The notes under the pieces were generated by a model that saw nothing but the letters and a program-made list of their open reading frames with translations, did no database searches and had not been told where the DNA came from. A DNA stretch of 64,000 bases from assembly GCF_964204645.1 (NCBI RefSeq), contig NC_134025.1, positions 30,422,299 to 30,486,298 of the forward strand, in the 5' to 3' direction. Source of the stretch: Tubulanus polymorphus (Eukaryota > Animalia > Nemertea). The position numbers and the translations under genes were made by a program. Numbering within the stretch: position 1 is the stretch's first letter; each line of letters opens with the position of its first letter. Positions 1-14,903 of this stretch are shown one piece after another.

Positions 1-3000
1 CAGGAACTGAAACCTACTGATAGTCATACAATAAGAACGGCTACAACATCAGCAGCAGCATCTCGACTCGAGAATTCATCATCCCGATGGCAAACTCAAA
101 TTGATGTTATAGTAAGTACAATGAACCATTGATTAAATGTTATTTTTGTTTTACTTATTATAGTGAAATGTGCAATATTAATATGATATGGTCGATTATC
201 CGAAGGTTGGCTTACAAGTCACTGTTATTACAGAAATTAGTTGGATTGCTAATCACAGTTCTTTTCTGAGTCATTGAATGTAAATTTACTGTAGTTGATA
301 TAAGTAGAATTAATCATTTGTATTCAAAATCTGCAGTTGTCAAACTGATGATTATATAGTACAGCATAACTACACTGTTAATCATTGAACTTCACAGAAT
401 CATCTGATTGATAATGAATGGAATGTTTGTGTATTTACAGTGCGATATTTGCGCGTGTTTAATTCCCGGTAATGAAGATGAAGTACCGATGACTTGCGAC
501 CATCAATTCTGTAGAGATTGTTGGCAACGGTTAGAACCAAACAATAACTGAAAATCAATATCAATTGATTTCTGTATTGATTGATTGAATGTTGCGTAAT
601 ATTTTTAGGTATTTACACGTAAAGATTCAAGAAGGTGAAGCTCACAATATAACGTGCCCGGCTTATCAGTGCAGTAAACTAGTACCGGTAGAAATCATTG
701 AGAATTTAGTATCTAGAGATATGGCTCGTAGATATCTACAATTTGATATTAAGGTTTGTCATTCTCAGCTGAATTTGAACGCGTTGACGCTTTGCATATT
801 TTAAGTTTTCAAGGGTAATTTTGAAGATGCTTTAATCAATTGTCTTGATGTTACATGTGTGATATCCCTCTAGGTCCCATGATCATAGTAAAATATGATT
901 TATCAGCAACAAGGATGGGTGTCTTGTGGCCTTTTTGTCAAAAGGTCCAAATTCTGTCACCTGTAGCTTCTTGGTTTGAATTCAATTTTTGTACATCTGT
1001 ATTCATATAAACCGATGATTTCAGGCATTTGTTGAAAGTAATCCAAATATAAAATGGTGTCCGTATCCTGGTTGCGGACGAGCGGTGCGTTTACCCGAAT
1101 CAGAAGTTGTATCTCCTACTGTAGCTACAGCTCGACAGCGGATCAATCTACACGATACGTCTCACGCTGTAGATTGTGGAAACGGTCATTATTTCTGTTG
1201 GTGAGTGGAAATAAAACGCTCATATTTCGGACCACGATACGATAGAGCTGATCAATGATAGGTGTATGTTTATATTTAATAGGGAATGTTTAGGTGAAGC
1301 TCACGAACCTGCGAGTTGCGAAAACTGGAAACTTTGGTTTGAAAAAGCAGCAGAAATAAAACCTGAAGAACGTAAGAGATTCATCTTTTATGTTTAAACA
1401 TGATTTATTTTGATGCTATTTGTAAAAAGACGATGATCCTTGTTTATTACAGTAAATAATACTGAAGTAGAAACAGAACTGGCTGCTAATTTCCTGTGGC
1501 TCGTCACTAACTCGAAGGGTTGTCCTAACTGTAAATCACCGATACAGAAGAATGAGGGATGTAATCATATGAAATGCTCAAAGGTTTGTTGTCCTTACTT
1601 CATTTCTTTCATCATTCTTTCATTTCAAAATGAATTCCTAAAACTGTTATTACAGTAGAATGCACTTTCCTCATATTTCGTCAGTACATGTATAACAATT
1701 TGCCGTCATCACATTTTGACACTTTCAGCACGTGTTTATTCGAAGCGATCAGCTCCGTGGTAGTTATTTCTTTCATTTCTATTTTCTCACAGTGTAAACA
1801 TGATTTCTGTTGGGTTTGTTTGGAGGCGTGGAAGAAGCACAGTTCCGCGACGGGTGGATATTTCCGCTGTAATCGTTACGAGGTCGTGAAGAAAGTGGAA
1901 GAATCCACCGACGGTTTGAAAGCTGAAGCCGAAGAACGCAACAAAAAAATGCAAGAACTCAATCGCTTCATGCATTATTATACACGGTTTAAAAATCATG
2001 AACACAGTTTTAAGGTAAAGCTTGAATGAATAGATGAGATTTATCCATACATTCAGTCGTACATGTAATTATTAATGTTTTGGTTTTATAGTTAGAGGAA
2101 CCACTGTTGAGTACAGCGAAGGAGAAAATGATGATTTTAGCCCGAGCTGTAACAGATCAAGGTAAAGAGACATTCACAAAATCAGGGAATTCTGTCTCTT
2201 TTCTTATAAAATCAGGGAATTTGAATTTTTGATATCGTGTTGTTTTTGCTGGTTATGACTGGCACAATGAACCTCTTGAAAAGAAACAGCCCCCATTCCC
2301 TGATCCATAAAAACCCTGTTAAATCTAGCTGATATATGTAAATTGATTTTTGAATACTCAGAAACAGCGAATGATGAAACTAAGTTTGTAGAAGATGCAG
2401 TTCATCAACTCTTACGAGGACGACGTGTTCTGAAATGTAGCTACGTTTACGGTTATTATCTGGATGATTCCGGTTATAAACGAACTATATTTGAATTCAT
2501 GCAGGTAATTACCGCTCCCTTCCTAAATCAGTAGCGTCTGATGTGTGTAACTCACCGAGTTAAGAATCGGGAGAATAGAAGGTTTATCCAAATAAGTTTG
2601 AATGAGATACATCCAGTTGACTAGTACCGAGAAGGAATCTACCGTATTTTCATGAATCTTTTTCAAAATTTGAGAAATGTTCGAATGTATTTTAAAGAGA
2701 TGATGATGATGATGATGATGTTTACTATTTTCAGACGGAACTCGAAGAATGTCTAGAGAACCTCTCGCAGATGGTCGCCCGTCCATATCTACGAACACCT
2801 CGCGGTCGTATCATTCAACAATCGCATCTCGTACAACGTAAACGCCACGAATTCGTCACGGCGATCAATAAAGGATTGATTCCTCCCGATTCGTCGCCGA
2901 ACTTTCGTAAAAAGCGGCGTAAAACTTTAGACGTAAGTAGATAATTACGCGTCACATACTGTCTCCTCACTCCGGTGTCTGCGGGTTTTTTTCATTGTAA

Positions 3001-6000
3001 TGTTGTTTATTCAGGAGGATATTCTGCGCAGTTTAAATCTTGATCCATCCCTTTTACATCAGGTAATAAAATCTGGACCGTCGAGAATTGAGGAGAATAT
3101 TCCTGCTGAAGTGATAGTTCTAGTCGTACAGTTAATCTCGTGTAGAAGTCGTCATCGTTGGCATCCAATTCATGATTTCATGTCTTATTTTTCTGATTCT
3201 ATACAAATTTTTGCCAGTTTGTCCGATATTTACTGTAAATTCAATCGGAAATAAGAAATTTGGACTCAAAAGTAGAGACAACTTCAGAATATTGTGATGA
3301 TTTATCCGATGATGACTTAATGCGATTTGACTATACGATCAGATCCCAACCGCTTAATCCGCATTTCGATCTTATCCAGATATTATTCACGGTATACATC
3401 TGGACCCGGTCCCACAATTGTGAGAGTTAAACTCTGTGACTTTTAGTCCTTTAGTTCATTCGCAATGGGTTCAGTATGGTTGATTCAGATTTCTCATATA
3501 AACTGACTCAGGTCCTGAATGATCCGGATTAAGCGGTTTTCACTGTTTTATCACCTTTCCATCAAATTCAAATTGTGTTCGAAAAAAAACGATGAAAATC
3601 AGATGGTTGTTTTGTGTTGTATTTTCAGGATGATTTACGTAAAGCGTTGATGGCTTCGATGTCGGATATCGATCCTAATAATCCGTGGGTTAAAGATAAA
3701 GCGGGTCGACACACGAACGTAGCCGCGTTGCTCGACTGGCCCGACGACGACACCGACGAATCGGACGCGGAATCATCACCGAAGAATACGTGTAAAGAAT
3801 CGGGAATTTGTTGTCGTCATAATTGTAAACGAACGCGAGCGGTGAATCCACGAACAGGAACCATTCACAATCACTGCAGTCTACGCTGTATGAGATTAGA
3901 TAAACTAGAGAATAGAAATGAGAGCGATGGTAAGTTTTCAGGGTTAGAGGTATCAGGTAGTGTAGGTTGAGGGTATCAGAGGAGCATAGGTTGAGGGGTA
4001 TCAGAGGAGCATGGCAAGGTATCTATAGCTATACATTTGGAACTGCAACTACAGTTATAATTCGGTGAAGTAATCACTGATTATCAGATCGTTTTAGATT
4101 CAGATTCCGGGGAAGTGATCACTGATTATCAGGTCGTTTTAGATTAAGATTCCGGTGAAGTGATCACTCAGATTCCGGTGAAGTGATCACTGATTATCAG
4201 ATCGTTTTAGATTCAGATTCCGGGGAAGTGATCACTGATTATCAGATCGTTTTAGATTCAGATTCCGGTGAAGTGATCACTGATTATCAGATCGTTTTAG
4301 ATTCAGATTCCGGTGAAGTGATCACTGATTATCAGATCGTTTTAGATTCAGATTCCGGGGAAGTGATCACTGATTATCAGATCGTTTTAGATTCAGATTC
4401 CGGGGAAGTGATCACTGATTATCAGATCGTTTTAGATTCAGATTCCGGGGAAGTGATCACTGATTATCAGATGGATTTATTACGTGCTCTGGAGATGTCT
4501 AGACTACAGTATTTACGAGAGATGGGAGGAGTTACCGGACAACCATCGAATAAACCGTATGTCAATCATTCTTCTTACATCCTTTCAAACATCAAGAAAC
4601 AGTTATTAAAAACTGTTTTATTTATTCGGAGATTTCTGTATGTTTTAGTTCTTGCTCATCGAACAATATTCAAGAATCTCACGAAGAATGCGCGAATAAG
4701 GAAACAATTGATGATGATGAAACAGCTGAAAATGAAGAGAACAGTTTACATTTAGAAGAGATTGATCTAGATCTACAAAGAGCAATCGAACTATCAAGAA
4801 TTAGTGCTCAAGGTTAGTACGAGTACCGGGACTCTGATGTAGATTTCACTTTGAGTTGATGCTGATTAATTATTATTGATTGATTTATTAATAATTGATA
4901 TATGTAATTAATTCATTTCTATATTTTTATTTCTTTCTACTATACTTTATTTTCATCATAGTTTCTTCCTCATTGGAGACCTGTTTATCATAGTGTCTCC
5001 TATATTTAAATGCTGATGCGTATTTTGTTTCTTTCAGAGGAAGAAAAACAGTTGAAACTCGCTATTCAGCTTTCATTACAAAACGACTCAACAGAAGAAG
5101 GATGTTCTGGGAAAAGTGAACTACAATCATCTGGTAACGGTAGCAGCGGCAGCAGCAGCAACACTGATCAGCAGCAGCAGCAGCAGCAGCAGCTGCGTAA
5201 AACATCGGAACCGTCTCGTAATATTCCCGATTGTTATTATTCGTCGTGTTACTCCACGATCGTTACTAAAGTGCCAAATAAAAGCGTCGAAGACTTGAAC
5301 GATGAGGACTACGAGAGACGTAGTCCGGATACCGGAGGAGATAAACTACTCGGAGCTGTAGGGGGCGCACCTGTCTGTAATTTCGATCCGTCGCCGTCTC
5401 ATCGACCGTCGGTATGCGAACCTCCGCCGGGATTGTTGGAGACGACGTTCACGCCGTCGAGACTCGGTAGTTCACAGTTCGGACCGATTAAAGACCTCGC
5501 TGTTACAAATATCGCGTCATCCGACCGCGACAAAACCGAGGAATTCAAAACGAAAAAATTTAAAGAACTTTTCACGAAAAAAGGCGGAGAGCACCACCAT
5601 CGAACGGCGGATAGTAAAACTACGAAAGAATCAACGACCGATATAAAATTCGACGCGACCAAATTAGATCGGTTAGTTATCGAAACGGAGTATCATCTGA
5701 GACCGAATCAGAAATCACCGACGACCTCGACGGGTCAGAGGTCGCCGATATCGCCGTGTCAGAGGTCGCCGCGAGCGTCGTCGTGCGCCGCCGAACAGTC
5801 GCAGTCGAATCAACTATTTGTCCGTCGTCATAAAACGTCGTCGAGCGATTCGAGCGCTAAAATCCGGCGTCGTCACTCGTCGGGTCCGAGCGATGAGAAG
5901 AGATCGTCGCGACAGAAAACGTCGCGCGCTGTCCGCTATTCCGATCAGATCGATTCGTCGTCGGGGGCAACGCGTAAACATTCACGACCTCGCGAGAAGA

Positions 6001-6281
6001 AGTGTTACTCGTACACTGGAACGGAAACCAGCAGCGACGTGTGGATCCCGCGCATCGACGTCGATATAACTCCTCCCACAACGACAACGAGCTGTCAATC
6101 AAACCTGGAAACGATGTTGAAGAAGTTGATCATACCGAGCGAAGACGAAGACACAAACGACGACGTTTTTTCAGATTCGAACGAACGACCCGTAAATTCA
6201 AAACGAGACAAGAAAAAAAACGGCGATGATTCGTCGGAGGATGATGAAAATAAAACGACGTCCAGCGCCGTCTACGTGTGA
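1..6281 (+). CDS. ANKIB1: Ankyrin repeat and IBR domain-containing protein 1 (Ariadne-type RBR E3 ligase), 3' portion; 5' end lies outside the window
   Basis: Exons approx <1-111, 441-529, 609-753, 1026-1200, 1283-1371, 1453-1583, 1793-2013, 2092-2161, 2361-2504, 2735-2932, 3015-3062 (48 nt, possibly cassette), 3629-3929, 4436-4556, 4649-4812, 5038-6281 with GT-AG borders. They encode RING1 ([22 protein letters not shown]), IBR ([21 protein letters not shown]), RING2 ([52 protein letters not shown]), an Ariadne domain and C-terminal UIM-like helices. Confidence 0.92.
2180..2320. mobile_element. Degenerate copy of a CAGGG-terminated MITE-like family (related to 46621-46786)
   Basis: Shares AATCAGGGAATTT(T)GAATTTTTG, TGGCACAA.GAACCTCT and TTCCCTGATC...AACCCTGTT blocks with the element at 46621-46786. 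Confidence 0.55.
4062..4470 (+). repeat. 45-bp tandem array spanning an ANKIB1 intron/exon acceptor junction
   Basis: Unit ATCGTTTTAG|ATTCAGATTCCGGKGAAGTGATCACTGATTATCAG. Acceptor-like AGs end at 4097, 4142, 4210, 4255, 4300, 4345, 4390 and 4435. Confidence 0.95.
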
Positions 6282-6653
6282 CCTTCACATATCAATTAAT
6301 AATAGTACGGTTAACCTCACCTTAACTCGGACATACCAGCAGCCTCCGATATTCGGCAAATCATGTCTCTCGGGGAACTCTGATTTATCTTTAGGGTTCT
6401 TAAATCTAGTGCAATTTTTATCCATTATTTGTAAAATTTGAGAAAGTATGAATTGATTTCAATTGAATGTCAAAAGAAATCCGGCATTTTTGTCCTCATA
6501 AACGCTAGCGACACCTGGTGCTTCCTCGCTTGCCACAGTCAAACGTAGAGTCACCACTTGTCCTCATTTACTAAGGGTAAGTCATCGACGTAATGATTGT
6601 CCGAACTATGATGACTTAAGACTGAGTTTGACTGTATTTTGTTATTGTGGAAG

Positions 6654-6725
6654 TAGTTGGCCATGTCCCTGAGTAAAGATTGCTAGTTGGCCATGTCCCT
6701 GAGTTAGTTGGCCATGTCCCTGAGT
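6654..6725. repeat. Short direct repeat TAGTTGGCCATGTCCCTGAGT x3
   Basis: Three visible copies downstream of the ANKIB1 stop. Confidence 0.85.
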
Positions 6726-9350
6726 TCAGGCGATGTTTACTGTAAATAGCATTAATCGAGAGTTATAATGTTCTTCTTGAACTAAAAAAAGAAATAGCTT
6801 AGATATTATATTGCCATTATTGTACGGAGGAATTGTTGTTTGATTTCTAAAGGATTTATTAAAAGGCAGGACATTTTTTTGTGGCCCAATTTTGTGGTTG
6901 GTGTACTGGTGTATTGATCATCTGTTGTGGCTTCAACTAATGTTATACATTTCTATTTATACATTGTAAACCTATGCTATGAATGTGTATATAATTTGAA
7001 TTTGAAGGTGCCATCATTTAATTCAACTGATTTAGATCATGTACAATCAATTAATCAATCATTGTCAGGGTGCAGTTCTATAAAAAAAAATTTAAGCTCG
7101 AAGGGTTCATAGATTCTGTGAAAGTCATGAAATGGGTCAATTCAAGGCCTTGAAAGTCATAGAATGGCCTCTAAAATCCTTGAATTATGGCCATTGTCCT
7201 TGAATGGTGTCTGCCTTACTGCAACAATACATTTTGAAGCTTTTGATCACATAAAATCTATTGTATAGGCCTACATTATACCAGATCTGACTATTGTATT
7301 ATTTGGTCTAGTCAGGGAGGCGGAACCTCCCTGGTCTAGTACACTAGTCTGGTAAGAATGACAGTCAGTGGAGAACAGGGTTGAGAACATGTCCTGACAC
7401 TTGATTGACAGACAGTATTTATTAACAGTTAAAACAGATCGAATGGGCTCATGGAATAAGGTCAAAAAGGTCCTTGAGAGTCATGGAATGGGACTGGTCA
7501 TGTAGGCTATAAACCCTTAAAACTATTAGGTTTGAATAGTAAGCCTCATTGAAAACATGAAGTAACCAATAGCAGCTAATCCAAAGATTTTAGATAAACT
7601 TTTTCATAAAACTGGGCCCTGGTTTCATCCATCATTGAATGCATTAGTGTATCTGGAAAAATCAAAAATCCTTCTTTTGCAGTGTGTTGATAATAAATCT
7701 AGCGGTAGATCCAGTTTCATGGTTTCGCGGCTACAGTTTACTCAACATTGAAAATGAACACGAGTCATATTTAATGTAGGGATTCAATATGTGGGACTGG
7801 ATCCTGCATTACGGTATCTGATACATGTATCATATATTTTGTATACATTTTAAAATTGCTCGGAACCCGGTTCCACAGTTCTGAGTTCAATTTCAACTCT
7901 CAGATATTCTAGAGTCAAACTTCAACTTAAACTATGGAACCGGCTACTGATTTATATTCTATGATCCACGCTGCCCGTTTATACATTCGTTTCATACCAC
8001 GCTTTCATTTTGCTTCAAATTATCTTATTTCACCGCTGCAAATTCGGCACGAATAAATCTGTGCAGTTCTCGAGAAGAAATTTCACTTCATAAATAAAAC
8101 ACTATTTTAAAGATTTCCTCTATATATTTATCTATTTGTAATAAATGATGCTTAACTTCTCAATACTTAAAAAACATCCGATAAAAGCCTTTTCTCTACT
8201 TGAAATCTGCTCTTTTCTGATCTGAATCAAGAGATTATATTCTTATAAAATGCCGTGCATCACTTTGTCTATTATAAATTGTTTGGTGTTTTTTGAAACT
8301 GCTGCTGCTGCTGTTTTGCCTTGCTATTGTTTTGTATTTTTCTATAGCTCGTCGTCGTAAAATTTGCACACAGTTATTTGAATACTTTATCACTATAACT
8401 AATATATAAATATATATATATATATATAGGTATTAGTACTATGTAACGGTATTGTCTGCATGTGTTAACAAGACGTTAAACCTTTGCTACTACTGGGTGG
8501 TTTATCTGGTAAAATATCTTAACTTTCTGCTCATATACAGCTGGATTGGAGAACAATGCAAAAATTTACATCAGGGGCCAGTGCAGTCAGGTCTTAGATT
8601 AAAAACCAGCCTAAGAACATCTTGGTCGGTTCTATAGCCAACATAACAACTTCAGAACAGTAAGTCATGACTGTGTAATTGGACCCTGTAATATTAATTG
8701 AAATTAGAAAAGTAACGCAATACTGAGTTTGACACTGTCACAGTTTAAGATTCTAAACCCAGTTCCTTGGTTCTGGGTTTAAGTCAACAAATGCGGGTTA
8801 GAATAAGTTAATTTTCAAACTGTGGAACTGGGTGCTCTGGTGATTGAATGAGAGACAGTCATTTGTGGACTGGGTTCACTATATATACAATGAATTCACG
8901 AAGAAAAATAAAATCGGTAAATTCTGTGATCTAGAAAAAAAATATAGATAAACCAGGTACAGACAGATGGCTGATGTACTGAATATACTTGTTGTGTGAC
9001 AATAGATATTTCATTACTGTTTACTGTGTATTAGAGACATGCGTACATGTTTTATGAATTGTTGAATTATGATGTTGTTATAGTTACAGTAACTATGGTA
9101 ATATAGTATTTGTCAGTATTACGTGCCCCCTCGTATAGTATATAGACACCAAATCAAACAAAGAATTAATTTATGGATGAAATTATTATTTATTACGAAA
9201 TAAATGGATGAAATTCATTTTGGAGAATCTATTTTTAAATGTAATTTATCGAACTATGGTTTAATTGGAATAGATAAATATTTCCATTATGAGAATTATG
9301 TAGTAGTATTAAATGAGAATCATTTCGTGCATATGTGATGTCATAATGTG

Positions 9351-9356
9351 AATAAA
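9351..9356 (+). terminator. Candidate distal polyadenylation signal of ANKIB1
   Basis: AATAAA followed by a T-rich tract; strand composition switches from T-rich to A-rich near 9400-9600. Confidence 0.4.
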
Positions 9357-9574
9357 AAGCCATCAAAAAATTTCTGAAAACATTTTTTCGTTTTTCTTTT
9401 CGATGAAAGTGTCTCGAGAACCAGTACTGTGGATCAGTTACCGCTTGCAGTAATTCCCCTGTATTCTAAACTAGGACACAGTGTCCATTCTCTACAGCAT
9501 CAGGATCGCAAATTTCCATGATAATGAAACGGATCATAAAAACAAGTAACACCTCATTTAATAACATAAATAAC

Positions 9575-9580
9575 TTTATT
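9575..9580 (-). terminator. Candidate distal polyadenylation signal of CACNB
   Basis: TTTATT on the plus strand at the end of a long region that is U-rich on the minus strand. Confidence 0.35.
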
Positions 9581-11175
9581 TTGAAATTTTTGGATTGCCA
9601 ATGGATGTATATAGGTCCCATTATAACAAAATAATGGTGGTGAGAAAAAAGGCGAAACTATCCTTTACACAGTTTTGCCTTTAAGAGAAACACAACACAT
9701 GCTCAAGGTAAAAACTTTTAATAGATTATTTACAAAATTAACAGAAATATCTTGGAAAGGACATGAAATACAGAAAAGTGTTTCATGTTTTTTGTTTTTA
9801 GTTACAGAGTTTAATGTGAAAAGTTCTATTATCATTGAAACTATATATAATAAGACGAAGCCAGCATCACACGATAAGAGAAAATACCAGTTTAAACTAC
9901 CCTAAGTTCAGGCAGGTTATTTCACAATATAACAGTCCTAAATGGTTATATTAACCCTTTGGTTTCCAACCTCTATTGTTTTATAACCCTGTACTCTGCG
10001 AAACCCACAAGAATTCTAACTTTCAAACACACAAATACCGGCGCTAGTTCTCTAGTATAAAAACAAATGTTTGAAATATCTGGATTCTCAATTTGTACGG
10101 TAGACAACTCGGTGTTTAACACATTATTTATAAAGATTGTAAATTCAGCCTAAAGTATGATAGAAGCAGAAGGATAGGGAAAGTTGAAACGTAGTAGAGA
10201 GCACTCGGAGATGTAATTAGCAATCCAGAAATGTATACAAGGCATATTGCTACAAGAACAATCCTTTTTTTATTCAAAAATCAGTTGAAGGAAATTTTCA
10301 TCAAAGCGCCACATTTTACGTAATGATATTAATATAAAACGACAGTCTGCGAGGAAATAACGATATTATTGTAATTATCGAATGATTAGTGAAAACGTGG
10401 CAAAATCTGATTCACAGTCTACAGAATAAAACAATGATCGATAAAATCATGTTGACTTACAACAATTCAAATGCAGTTCAGACAGACTATTATAGTATAA
10501 AGGGCAGTAGAAGTATTAGAAACGGAGTCTATTCGGAAAAAACGTGTTCTAACGCGAAGGAAAAGAAGAAACAATTTTCGAATATAAATTTCTGCAGTTC
10601 AAACACATCGATCGCGTAATTATAATAAGCGTTTTTTTAAAGAGATATAATTATAGCTTTTTTTCTGTAGTAGTATACACACACACAAAGCATGGCACCA
10701 TATTAAAAACATTCGATGATGATCAATCTTTAGGATAGTAGATCACAAGAAATATTATTAATTCATTTATTTATTTATGTATGTATGTATACTGTGACTG
10801 ACTTAAAAACCTCTTATACATATATTCATTGATATTTATATATATATATATATAATGTATATAAAGGGCACTTTGTAGCCATATATTTAACATATATAGA
10901 TGTTGCCATGTATATACAATATACATGATATTCATATATCCATATACATTTAAGAGATGGTTTTGTTTGATTATACAGAATATGTTTTCACTCATCGTAG
11001 AAAGTTCTGCGTTTTTTGACGAGCCGTTGTTAATACATGTACATGTGTAAAAACATGTGCATGTCAAAACTTGTCGTTTTCGTGTCGAGAACATTCAACA
11101 ATGGAATTTCGAGATGATATCTTATAAAGTAGAGAACATATTTATGATGACTATTAAAAAGCCAAAGATTGGCAT

Positions 11176-11206
<31 letters not shown>

Positions 11207-11453
11207 ACAATAATAATAATAATAAACATTATCACTATTACCATTATCATGCTGGATTATCACATTATAAGCTGCAAAAAGATGATCAAGTAAAACCACG
11301 AAGATGCAGCAATCAGCAAATATTTATCTACTATATTTAATGAAATAAATATCAATATATTACACTTTTTACTATTTACAAACAGGCATTTTTTCTCTGT
11401 GCAAAACGAGCACTAATTATAAGCATATTGTCTCAATCTAATGACCACGAAAC

Positions 11454-11725
11454 ATTCAACTGACCGCAATACGTTCAACTGACCCCAATGCACGTTCAAC
11501 TGACCGCGATATGTTCAACTGACCCCAATGCACGTTCAACTGACCGCGATATGTTCAACTGACCCCAATGCACGTTCAACTGACCGCAATACGTTAAACT
11601 GACCCCAATGCACGTTCAACTGACCGCAATACGTTTAACTGACCCCAATGCACGTTCAAATGACCGCAATACGTTCAACTGACCCCAATGCACGTTCAAC
11701 TGACCACACTATGTTCAAATGAATG
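11454..11725. repeat. Dimeric 20+21 bp (41-bp) minisatellite, ~6 units
   Basis: GTTCAACTGACCGCAATAC alternating with GTTCAACTGACCCCAATGCAC. Confidence 0.92.
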
Positions 11726-14700
11726 CAATGTTTTTTGTGTTTTAATAAGTAATTATTTGTTAGAATGATGACCACAGTCAGGATGTAATTCGGGCCAGCA
11801 AACATAATTCATTAACGACCTATTTCTCAGCTAATATCTTTCGCCGATCCTGCCAATTACAATATCAATATCAGTAATGATAATCATAATAATTAATGAA
11901 GATTGATTAACATCAATAGATTTACAAATATAACTGTATTAAATATTACATATCAGCAGATTGGATAGAGAGAAAAACACATTGAAATAAATCACCAAAC
12001 TCCAGTTGAATGTTTCTTTAAATCACAATAATCAACTAGTGTCGAAATGAATACCGCACGTACACTATATATCAATCAGCCACCTTTTCAATAAAAAGGG
12101 AAATTAAAATCTTACCATAATGACGAAATTTGTGGGATTTTAATACTAAAAGAACATCGTTTTCGGTTCAATTAACTCGATGTTGTTCATGATGTTTGTG
12201 AAAAGTTAATGCGACTTCTCGACGATATTCGTGCAGCTTTTCGCAAAATACACGACGAAATACATCATCGAATGGAAAGAAATAAATTTCCGAATAATAA
12301 TGAAAACGCGTTGAATCAATTTGAGACGATATCTAAAGAAAATTCCTACTACCATCGAGACAAAGTATTCTAATAGTGTACCATACATAGAAAGAACAAG
12401 CACGCGCAGAAATGTACGTATTATCATTACAAATATATTCCAGAATGAAAGATCAAACGTCGTCTGCCTGAACTGCAGTCAACACATTCATACAACCATA
12501 CGCGGGAAGGGGGGATAGTTTATTACACTCACACACTCAATTATAGAACAAACCATAAAATTCAAATATATACATATTCAATATGTATACATATATAGAT
12601 ATTAATATATATATACATATAGATATACGTAATGAAATGTGGAGGAGGGGCATGAAACAGGGGGAGGGGTTTAACTTATGAAAGATGCCAATCAACTATG
12701 TATAATTGCCACTTTGTAATAAAAATTGAAAAAATTAAGCTAACAAATATTATGAGAAGCTCTCCAGCGATCCATCGAGCTCTATTATATCCTGTACATA
12801 GTTTACAGATTATCAATATTTCAGTGCATGTGCTACATGTAACATGTACATGTAACATGTCTGTACGACGTGTTTTTCCGGTAGTAATTAATGTATTTGA
12901 GCAGCGCGAGAAAGAGAACATTTTTCAAGAGAGGTTAAAAATATCTGTATTTTTTTTTGTTTTCAAGAATGAATAAAGATGGAATTCGTCCAGCTATGTT
13001 TGGTGTAACTAGTACAGAGTTGTGTACAGAATATACGGTAGTAATTTGTACAATGGCGTTTGAGAATTGGACAACACCGATTAACTTGAATATAGGACAT
13101 CGTTTTACATATTGATTTATATGTACATTTACATGCATTTGATGATGAAAAACATTGCAAAAACCAATGTATTTGAATTACAGTTTTATACGTATGAATT
13201 TAGTCGCGTATGAGAAGAGTCCGCGACACACATGCAGAAAATACACTATAGCACTTAAAATATGATGAACTTTCAATTTGCGGTGAATCGATTATTATTG
13301 TCACATAGAGAACCAAAAACTATTCGAATTGTTTCAAGCTTCATGCATTCGATTAAAAGAGTAAAATTTGTATTTATTATTGTATTAATACGAAGTATCG
13401 AAGCGAGGGTTTTAATATTAATATTCACGGTTTCGAGAAAAGAATCCGTCATCATCATTATCATCATCATCATCATTATTATTATCATGATATAAACAAA
13501 AAACAAAAAATATGACAATCATTTTATTTTAAACAAGAATTACCATATAAATTATGAACATGGATAAATCTCTATAAACGTCACATGTTGAGAGATATTT
13601 TGCTCACCACTCGACAGAAGACCCGCTTAACTTGAATAATATTGTGCTTAAACTGTACAATACACGACAGCACAAAATAACAGATTATACGCTCGATTAC
13701 TCATCAGATACTCATAGTCCGCAGTATGGCATTTCTAGGGCCCGAATTATGGAGGAAAACCTCGCAAAAAATTGATGAGTTAAAAATCCAAATCAGCTTA
13801 TATATCCAGATTCACGTTCAGTTATTAATACAAGAGTGAATGAATCAATGAAATATCTAAAATTAAACTCTATCTCTGACTTCAACCTATGAGTTCTGAT
13901 CAGTAGAATTTACGCAATCCATGTACTTGTTACAGTGTTTATGGTGGGATCAGTCAAATTACCAAAATATAGCATTTTCATTAAACAATTTCTATAAGCA
14001 TCGTCACTCAATTTGGCAATAAGTATCAGGAAAAGTATTGGAAAAAATCTAATAATGCTCTCTCTCTTTCTCTCCCTCTCCCTCACTGAGGTTTTTATGG
14101 AGAAATGAATGGTCTGACTAGAAACACAATGAAAGCTTCAGTTGATTGTGTTTGATTTTATTTTGTTCAAATTGTATCTCAATAATTGCCGAGGACAGTG
14201 AACTGCTCCAGCCTCGAATCTCGCTGCACCAATAATTCTGAGGTACACAAATTCCGGCACAGTCTGAACAGGGATGGGTCGTTATCACGATGAATTGGAG
14301 TAAGAAAATTTGTAATATAATGTCTGGAGGCAATTGACTCCGGGATTAACGGAGTCTACGCGTAGCTGAAAGTAATCGTGTTTTCTATATACATGAATTA
14401 CCAATGATTGCATAAAATGGTAATTCAACTGAAGACTGATTATTTCAGAGTTGTAAATATCGAAATGTTGAAGCAGCATATCATGCAACAGATAAAATAA
14501 CAAGGGCTAGAGAAATACTACTAGAGATTTAGATGTTAATGACTAGATATTGTTGAACTTATAATAACTAACTGAAAATGACTAGAATTCATATGAGATT
14601 CCATTTAAACAAGAGCAAAAATAAATGCAACATTTGAATATAAATCGACTGGATTTGAAACGTTGACCTAGCCATGTTTATTTCACTGTCATCCTATTGG

Positions 14701-14903
14701 CAAAGTGAGATCTGTATTGAAAGTAACAGGTTGTAAACCAAGCAAGCATCGATGATATAAAAGCTAATAACTTGAGAAAGAGCAACCATTTTCTTCTATA
14801 AACCTTCAATCTATCTATTATTCTAACTCCCTAAATAAATAAATAAATACCTAATCTTCGATTGTCAGAACTTTGATATTCGATTTTACTACGTCAGATC
14901 TTC

